A stretch of 39,568 nucleotides of DNA from a virus (lineage: Duplodnaviria > Caudoviricetes): positions 1 to 39,568 of the IMG/VR virus record IMGVR_UViG_3300048861_000106. One strand, given 5' to 3'. Below the pieces are notes generated by a model that did not search any database, was not told where the DNA came from, and worked only from the letters and a program-made list of their open reading frames with translations. This document shows positions 34,404-39,568 of the stretch, one piece after another. The position numbers were made by a program, and so were the translations under genes. Every line of letters begins with the position of its first letter. Position 1 is the stretch's first letter.

Positions 34404-34439
34404 GATATCGACTTGCCGATCAGAATCGATATCTAGGTT
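34404..34439. promoter_or_regulatory. Inverted repeat over putative divergent promoters (candidate operator)
   Basis: GATATCGA-N14-TCGATATC overlapping TTGCCG-N15-TAGGTT on + and abutting the - strand -10 box. Confidence 0.45.
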
Positions 34440-34491
34440 ATCGCCGGAAAAATTCTGGTGTGACCCGGCGGCTCCGTTCATTGGGCTGCCC

Positions 34492-35058
34492 ATGAGCACG
34501 CCCTACTACCCCACACTCAATCTTGGCAGCCTCGCATCGCTCATGACCCTCCGTCAGCAGATGGAGACGCACGACGATTACCTCGACCGGGACGAGTGCC
34601 CTTACGACATCGACACGCGCGACCAGCTTCGCCGCCTCATGGCCAAGCAGGTCGTCGAGGTGCCGGTCCAAACGATCGTTGAGAAAATTGTCGAGCGCCG
34701 GATCGAGGTCGCCGCGAAGGCGGCAGAGGGGGGCGGCCAGCGTGGTCCGAAGCCAAAGTTGAAGGGCTCCGGGGCGTCGGTCGACGATGTGTCGAAGGAG
34801 ATCGACGACATCCGTCATGAACTGAAGAACCTCAAGATGGAGTCGAAGAACCTCCAGACGGCAGACAAAATTCAGATCATCAAAACGCGCGCAGCCCTCG
34901 TCGAAAAGATGCTCGCAATGACCGAGCGCGCGAACAATGTGAAGAGGATGAATCTCTTCCAGTCGACCGTGATGAGCATCTTGGATGATTACGTCGCAGA
35001 CGAGCACCGACAGATTTTCATGGAGCGGCTCGAACCGTTCGCAACCGCTGAAGACTAA
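34492..35058 (+). CDS. Hypothetical coiled-coil protein, candidate terminase small subunit
   Basis: 188 aa with a helical C-half, divergent from the large terminase; no other small subunit candidate in the window. Confidence 0.5.
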   Translation: MSTPYYPTLNLGSLASLMTLRQQMETHDDYLDRDECPYDIDTRDQLRRLMAKQVVEVPVQTIVEKIVERRIEVAAKAAEGGGQRGPKPKLKGSGASVDDVSKEIDDIRHELKNLKMESKNLQTADKIQIIKTRAALVEKMLAMTERANNVKRMNLFQSTVMSILDDYVADEHRQIFMERLEPFATAED

Positions 35059-35088
35059 CTTCTAAATCCTCTCTTCTACGGAGAAATC

Positions 35089-37521
35089 ATGGGCATTTTC
35101 GCTGACTATGCTCCGCTCTACTGGGCGGCGGGCCTCCCTGTCATTCCGCTGCGTGAGCGGAACAAGATGCCGGACATCAACCAATGGTCGACCTTCGGCT
35201 CGCAGATGCCGTCGGAAATGGTGCGCGAGCACTGGCTGACCGCCTATTCACGGGGCAACATCGGTTTACCGTTCGGCCCCGCGTCGGGCCTCTGCGCGAT
35301 CGACATCGATACCGAGGATGACGCCCTCATCAAGGCGATCCTCGAAATCCTCCCCGCGACGCCCTGGGTGCGTATCGGCAAGAAGGGTATGGGCCTTATC
35401 TACCGCTGGGAGGGCCAAAAGAACTTCAAGCTTCGCGGCGCCGATGGCGGGATGATCTGCGAGTTCCTCGGCCTCGGCAACCAGATGGTGATGCCGCCGT
35501 CCATCCATCCGGACACCGGGCGTCCCTATACGTCGAACAGCAATCTCTGGGATGTGATCGATAAGATCCTGCCGCTCGGCGAGGACATCGAGGACAAACT
35601 GCGCGCGCTTCTCGGCGCGAAAGGCTTCGAGCTGGGCGCTGGCGGTCGATCGGCGCCGCTCGATGTCATCCCCGCCGGCGAGCGCGACGTGCAGATGGTT
35701 CGGCACGCCGGCTATCTTGCGCGCGTCGTCATGGGCATCGACAAGTCCGCGCGCTTCAGCCTCTACGAGGCGATCCAGCACATGTACCACTGGGTCGAGG
35801 CGTTCACTGCGCGCGTCTCCGGTGACAGCATGGACCCCGATAAGGGGGTCGCGAAGCTGCTGGAGTTTCTCGTTAAGGATCTCGAAAAGGGCCGGACGCT
35901 GCCCGAGGGTTGGGATGCCAATCTGCCTGAAGAGTGGCAGCAGCATCCGACCATCAAGGCGATGCTGGAGCGCAACGCCCAGCAGCGTTGGACCGTGGTC
36001 CGCGCGCGCGAGTGGCTCGGCCACAAGATCGCGGAACGGGCGAGCGACGACGACTGGGCGCTGGAGCGCATCCAGGAGCTGGTCGGCGAAGTCGCGAAGG
36101 ATGAGCATTTCAGCGAGTTCAACATGCGGACGCTGATTGGCTACATTATGCCGCTCGCCGGCAATCTGCCGCTGAAGAAGACCGACCTCCTGCAGCTGTG
36201 GAAGCAGGCGAAGAAGGGTACGGAGCAGGGCGAGGCCGAGAACCACGCGATGATCGCGCGCGCCGTGCTGGAAGACCTCCAGCGCTCGGGTGAGATCCGT
36301 CACGACCATGGCCAGTTCTGGCAGTGGAACGGCTCCTGCTTCCAGCGCCTCGACGAGGCGACGATCTATCTTCACGTCGCCAACAATGTGAAGGACAGCC
36401 TGCTCGTCCGGCGCCACTCCGACTATTCCGCCGTGGTCCAGGTGCTGGAGCGGATGTGCAAGGGCATGCTGGTGCAGGTTGAGGACCGCGGCATCAATTT
36501 CGCCAACGGGTTCGTCGGGGAGGACCTGTTCGTCGCCGACCATGATCCCAAGTTCGGGGCCACCTTCACCCTACCCTTCAATTACGACCGCGAGAGTGCA
36601 ACGCGCGCCAACCGCTGGTTCGAGTTCCTCCATTCGGTTTGGGGGCATGAGCCCGATTTTGAGCAGCGGATGATGGCGTTGCAGGAGATGTTTGCCGTCA
36701 CCCTGTTCAAGATCGCGCCCCAGTACCAGCGCGCCTTCCTACTGTTCGGCCGGGCGGGCACGGGCAAGAGCCAGATCCTCGCGGTGCTGCGCGCCATGCT
36801 GCCGCCCGACGCTGTGGCCGAGCTGGGGCCGCAGGCTTGGGGTGAGCGCTTCGCGCTGGTCGATCTGATCGGCAAGGCGGTGAACATCTGTGGTGAGTTG
36901 CCGGAAAACGGGATGATAACCGGCAACGTGTTCAAGGAGGTGGTCGAGGGCTCACCGGTCCGGTCCGAGTTCAAGAACCAGGACGGCTTCATCTTTGTGC
37001 CGCAGTGCGCGCAGTGGTTCGCCTCGAACTACCTGCCCGTATCACGCGACACGACGCGCGGCTTCATCCGCCGCTGGCTGGTTCTGGATTTCAACCGTCC
37101 GGTGAAGGCCGAGGACAAGATCGAGAACCTCGCCCAGATCATCGTGGCCGAGGAGCGCGATGCCATCGCGGCGTGGGCGCTTGAAGGTCTGCGCCGAGTG
37201 TTGGAGCAGCGTGGCTACACGGAACCAGCCTGCCACCTGAAGCGGATCGCCCAGATGCGCCGCATCAACAACTCGGTGCAGGCCTTCCTTGAGGACAACA
37301 CCTCGACACGGCTCGGCGATGGTGAAATGCGGTGCCGTGAGTTGTACGACATGTACGGCTTCCACATGCGGGACGTCGGACGGGGTCAGCCTGTCTCCTT
37401 CGAGCGCTTCATGCAGATGCTGGAGGACCTCGATCTGGATGTGGATCACCGGATCGACGCGACCGGTACGGCTGACTATGTGGTCCGCGGCGTCGTGAAG
37501 GCGGAGCGGCTGGCGGCATAG
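35089..37521 (+). CDS. Bifunctional primase-polymerase fused to a D5-like SF3 helicase
   Basis: PVIPL...K.P...W, NIGL.FG..SGLCAIDID, PPSIHPDTG.PY; Walker A GRAGTGKS, ICGEL, FASNYLP, RRW. Confidence 0.93.
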   Translation: MGIFADYAPLYWAAGLPVIPLRERNKMPDINQWSTFGSQMPSEMVREHWLTAYSRGNIGLPFGPASGLCAIDIDTEDDALIKAILEILPATPWVRIGKKGMGLIYRWEGQKNFKLRGADGGMICEFLGLGNQMVMPPSIHPDTGRPYTSNSNLWDVIDKILPLGEDIEDKLRALLGAKGFELGAGGRSAPLDVIPAGERDVQMVRHAGYLARVVMGIDKSARFSLYEAIQHMYHWVEAFTARVSGDSMDPDKGVAKLLEFLVKDLEKGRTLPEGWDANLPEEWQQHPTIKAMLERNAQQRWTVVRAREWLGHKIAERASDDDWALERIQELVGEVAKDEHFSEFNMRTLIGYIMPLAGNLPLKKTDLLQLWKQAKKGTEQGEAENHAMIARAVLEDLQRSGEIRHDHGQFWQWNGSCFQRLDEATIYLHVANNVKDSLLVRRHSDYSAVVQVLERMCKGMLVQVEDRGINFANGFVGEDLFVADHDPKFGATFTLPFNYDRESATRANRWFEFLHSVWGHEPDFEQRMMALQEMFAVTLFKIAPQYQRAFLLFGRAGTGKSQILAVLRAMLPPDAVAELGPQAWGERFALVDLIGKAVNICGELPENGMITGNVFKEVVEGSPVRSEFKNQDGFIFVPQCAQWFASNYLPVSRDTTRGFIRRWLVLDFNRPVKAEDKIENLAQIIVAEERDAIAAWALEGLRRVLEQRGYTEPACHLKRIAQMRRINNSVQAFLEDNTSTRLGDGEMRCRELYDMYGFHMRDVGRGQPVSFERFMQMLEDLDLDVDHRIDATGTADYVVRGVVKAERLAA

Positions 37522-37549
37522 TGTTTCCGGCCTAGTGATGGAGTGAGCT

Positions 37550-37774
37550 TTGATTACGAATTTGACCGTCGGTGAGATGACAACGGTATTGTCTTACGGA
37601 GGAGGTATGGAGGTAGACGCGACGATGGTCGGCCCCGCCGATCTGCAGACGCTCGCTTCGTACCTGCAAGGGAGCGCCGTGCTGCGCGTCATCAACTGCG
37701 ACGATCTGAAGCCAGCTGAGATGGCGAAGATAGCATCTTACGCGCAGCAACCCGCGCACGTATCGTTCGCGTAG
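37550..37774 (+). CDS. Small hypothetical protein
   Basis: GGAG SD and TTG; three weak helix-strand repeats; stop followed directly by a terminator. Confidence 0.6.
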   Translation: MITNLTVGEMTTVLSYGGGMEVDATMVGPADLQTLASYLQGSAVLRVINCDDLKPAEMAKIASYAQQPAHVSFA

Positions 37775-37775
37775 C

Positions 37776-37803
37776 AAAAAGGCCCCGGAAACGGGGCCTT
37801 TTT
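37776..37803. terminator. Intrinsic terminator, copy 1
   Basis: AAAAAGGCCCCG-GAAA-CGGGGCCTTTTT. Confidence 0.9.
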
Positions 37804-37873
37804 CGTTTCCGTAGCAACGGATTAGTGACGGTTACCCGCTAGACGGGCTTGGATCGTCTTCCAGGGGCATTGC

Positions 37874-38191
37874 TTGCTAAATCACCTTCTCGACCTCGCG
37901 GGGGACGTTTTCTCCGCACTCATATTGCCCTTCGGCCCTGGGGTCTGGTTGCTATGGAGGGCCTACCGGGTAAGCGGCCAACCTCTGGACAAGGGCGAAA
38001 CGGTCTGGGTGGTCGTTTGGACGTTGGCCCTCCTACTGGCGACGGGTATAGCGCGCGACAATGCCCAGACTGACCGGCGGGTGGTTTGCAAAGAATTGGC
38101 GCGACGCATTGGTGGTGACTGGGATCAGGCGGGAGATGAACTTCATGCGCGCTGCGTTCCTGGTGATTTCGAGCGCGCTGGTGATCAATAA
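37874..38191 (+). CDS. Small two-TM membrane protein
   Basis: Hydrophobic segments VFSALILPFGPGVWLLW and VWVVVWTLALLLATGIA; C-terminal Cys pair; start uncertain. Confidence 0.5.
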   Translation: MLNHLLDLAGDVFSALILPFGPGVWLLWRAYRVSGQPLDKGETVWVVVWTLALLLATGIARDNAQTDRRVVCKELARRIGGDWDQAGDELHARCVPGDFERAGDQ

Positions 38192-38192
38192 G

Positions 38193-38220
38193 AAAAGGCC
38201 CCGGAGACGGGGCCTTTTTC
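38193..38220. terminator. Bidirectional intrinsic terminator, copy 2
   Basis: AAAAGGCCCCG-GAGA-CGGGGCCTTTTTC between convergent stop codons. Confidence 0.9.
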
Positions 38221-38481
38221 TTATTCGATGATCTCGGTTTCGGTTTCTCGATAGAGGTCTTCGACCTTGATCCCCATCGCTGCCGTCTCGCCGTAGCCTT
38301 CGACAAACTGCGTGGTGTCGATCCCTCGCGCTTCGAGCTGGGCGAGGTGACGAGCGTGATCTTCGATGCCATCCATAAACCCGATGTAGCGTTCGTACTC
38401 CTCCGCGAACTCGGGCGTGAACTTGGTTTCGTCCAGCGTCACGCGGAAGCGTTGGCGGACCTCAACGATGAAGCTCTTCAC
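38221..38481 (-). CDS. Hypothetical acidic phage protein
   Basis: VTLDETKFTPEF...EDHARHLAQL.ARG...FVEGYG; GAGGG SD; coupled to the upstream gene. Confidence 0.7.
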   Translation of the reverse strand: MKSFIVEVRQRFRVTLDETKFTPEFAEEYERYIGFMDGIEDHARHLAQLEARGIDTTQFVEGYGETAAMGIKVEDLYRETETEIIE

Positions 38482-38660
38482 TTGCCCCTCACGATGTAGC
38501 GGATCAGGTCCGGGGTCAGCCGGGCCATCGCCTTGCAGACCTCGATCGACTCCTTGAGAGCCATCCAGGCACAGTAGCCGGCCACCCAGACTGGCATGGT
38601 GACCAGCATCAGGGCTGTGATCGTGCGGTTGAAGCGCCAGTCGGTGACGGGCTCACGCAA
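38478..38660 (-). CDS. Small membrane protein
   Basis: One hydrophobic helix; overlaps both neighbours. Confidence 0.55.
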   Translation of the reverse strand: MREPVTDWRFNRTITALMLVTMPVWVAGYCAWMALKESIEVCKAMARLTPDLIRYIVRGK

Positions 38661-38967
38661 CGGTCGGCTCCTCGGCTTCGAGTGGCGTCTCGATCACCAG
38701 TGGCAGGTCGAAGTGCTGACCGCCGGCGACGGCCCGGAACGTGATCGAGGCGTTGTTCCTCGTCCGCTTGCCGAGCGTGAACCGGCCGGTTGCCTTGTCG
38801 AGCTGGGCGTCGAGCCCCTTCCGGTCCACGATGAAGTAGGCGACGCCGAACTGGAGCGGTCGGCCATTGGCCAGAACCTCGACCCGATCCTCGTGCAGTA
38901 CCGCATGCAGGTCGCCGGCGACGGGTGTGGCGCTGACCAGCGTGTTTCCGATGAGGCCCAGCATCAA
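38653..38967 (-). CDS. Stand-alone beta-sandwich protein similar to an internal domain of tail fibre J
   Basis: 13 of 51 residues identical in an ungapped hand alignment to the J segment at 8410-8562; 4-nt overlap with the upstream gene. Confidence 0.65.
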   Translation of the reverse strand: MMLGLIGNTLVSATPVAGDLHAVLHEDRVEVLANGRPLQFGVAYFIVDRKGLDAQLDKATGRFTLGKRTRNNASITFRAVAGGQHFDLPLVIETPLEAEEPTVA

Positions 38968-39224
38968 CCCCGAAGCTCCTGAATGCGGCTCTTGGCGTTG
39001 TGCGCGGCCAGGATCGCCTCTCGGCTCTTCAGATCATCGTCAATCAGCAGCTGCATCTGGGCCGCCAGCTGTGCGCGCGTCTCGGCGTTGAACGTGAGCT
39101 GGTTCCGCTCGCGATCGACCAAGCGCTGAAGCTGCTTCTCGATGCGCGAAAAGGGCGCGAGAATGGTCTCGGCACTGGTCCGTCCGAGCATGATATCGAC
39201 CCAATGTCGAAGATGTTCGAGCAT
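38964..39224 (-). CDS. Small coiled-coil protein
   Basis: GGGGACGG SD then ATG at 39224 (MLEHLRHW); heptad-like helix. Confidence 0.6.
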   Translation of the reverse strand: MLEHLRHWVDIMLGRTSAETILAPFSRIEKQLQRLVDRERNQLTFNAETRAQLAAQMQLLIDDDLKSREAILAAHNAKSRIQELRG

Positions 39225-39568
39225 TTTTCCGTCCCCGAAGTGGTTTCGGCGCGGGTTTAGGCTCGGGTTTGCAAGATTTCGCCAGAAATGGCGCATTTAG
39301 CCATGATATAGAGTTAGAAATCTGAAAATTTATTTTGGGATCTGTTGGTGACTGTCCGCCCCCAAAGTGCCAAAAAACCCAGTAAAATCATGGTACCCTT
39401 GCCTATCATGACTTCCGACTGGTTCCGTAGGTGTCAGCACTAAGAGTCGGTCTCGAATCTCATGCGTAACGAGCGAGTCGTCTGAGCATGAACTGTGCGG
39501 CGGCGGCGTATAGGAACGCGGTAGCTGAACGGATTGTCGCCTCAAAATCCTTTGCGAGCCGCCGATTT

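Noticed and set aside
39330-39545. 71-aa - strand ORF
   Set aside because: Atypical composition, no SD, lies in an AT-rich tract that looks non-coding
1-39568. CRISPR array, integrase/att site, stop-codon recoding
   Set aside because: No repeat-spacer array or recombinase seen; TAA, TAG and TGA all end well-supported genes

Overview
A GC-rich, gene-dense segment of a long-tailed (siphovirus-type) dsDNA phage genome. An alphaproteobacterial host is plausible from promoter style and composition, but this is inference only. The left arm (+) carries an SbcC/Rad50-like ATPase, an HTH protein, a small membrane protein, thymidylate synthase and a DUF5664-type dNTP diphosphohydrolase. The centre (mostly -) is a complete virion module: GpA-type large terminase, portal, a fibre cassette placed between portal and prohead protease, decoration and major capsid proteins, neck proteins, tail tube, G/GT chaperones with a -1 frameshift, tape measure with an embedded M15-type peptidase, M/L-like, NlpC/P60, JAB, ubiquitin-like I, an inserted metallophosphoesterase, central fibre J and tip accessories. 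The right arm carries a primase-polymerase/SF3 helicase and small genes. I saw no integrase, tRNA, CRISPR array or reverse transcriptase. Best leads: (1) a free-standing 104-aa gene (38653-38967) that aligns without gaps to an internal domain of the phage's own central tail fibre, a possible decoy; (2) a structured ~145-nt RNA with a Lys-rich micro-ORF and terminator upstream of the terminase; (3) a metallophosphoesterase inserted between tail genes I and J and in frame with the stop codon of I; (4) a neck-like gene inverted behind an Arc-type regulator. All product calls come from motif recognition and synteny; no database searches were run.
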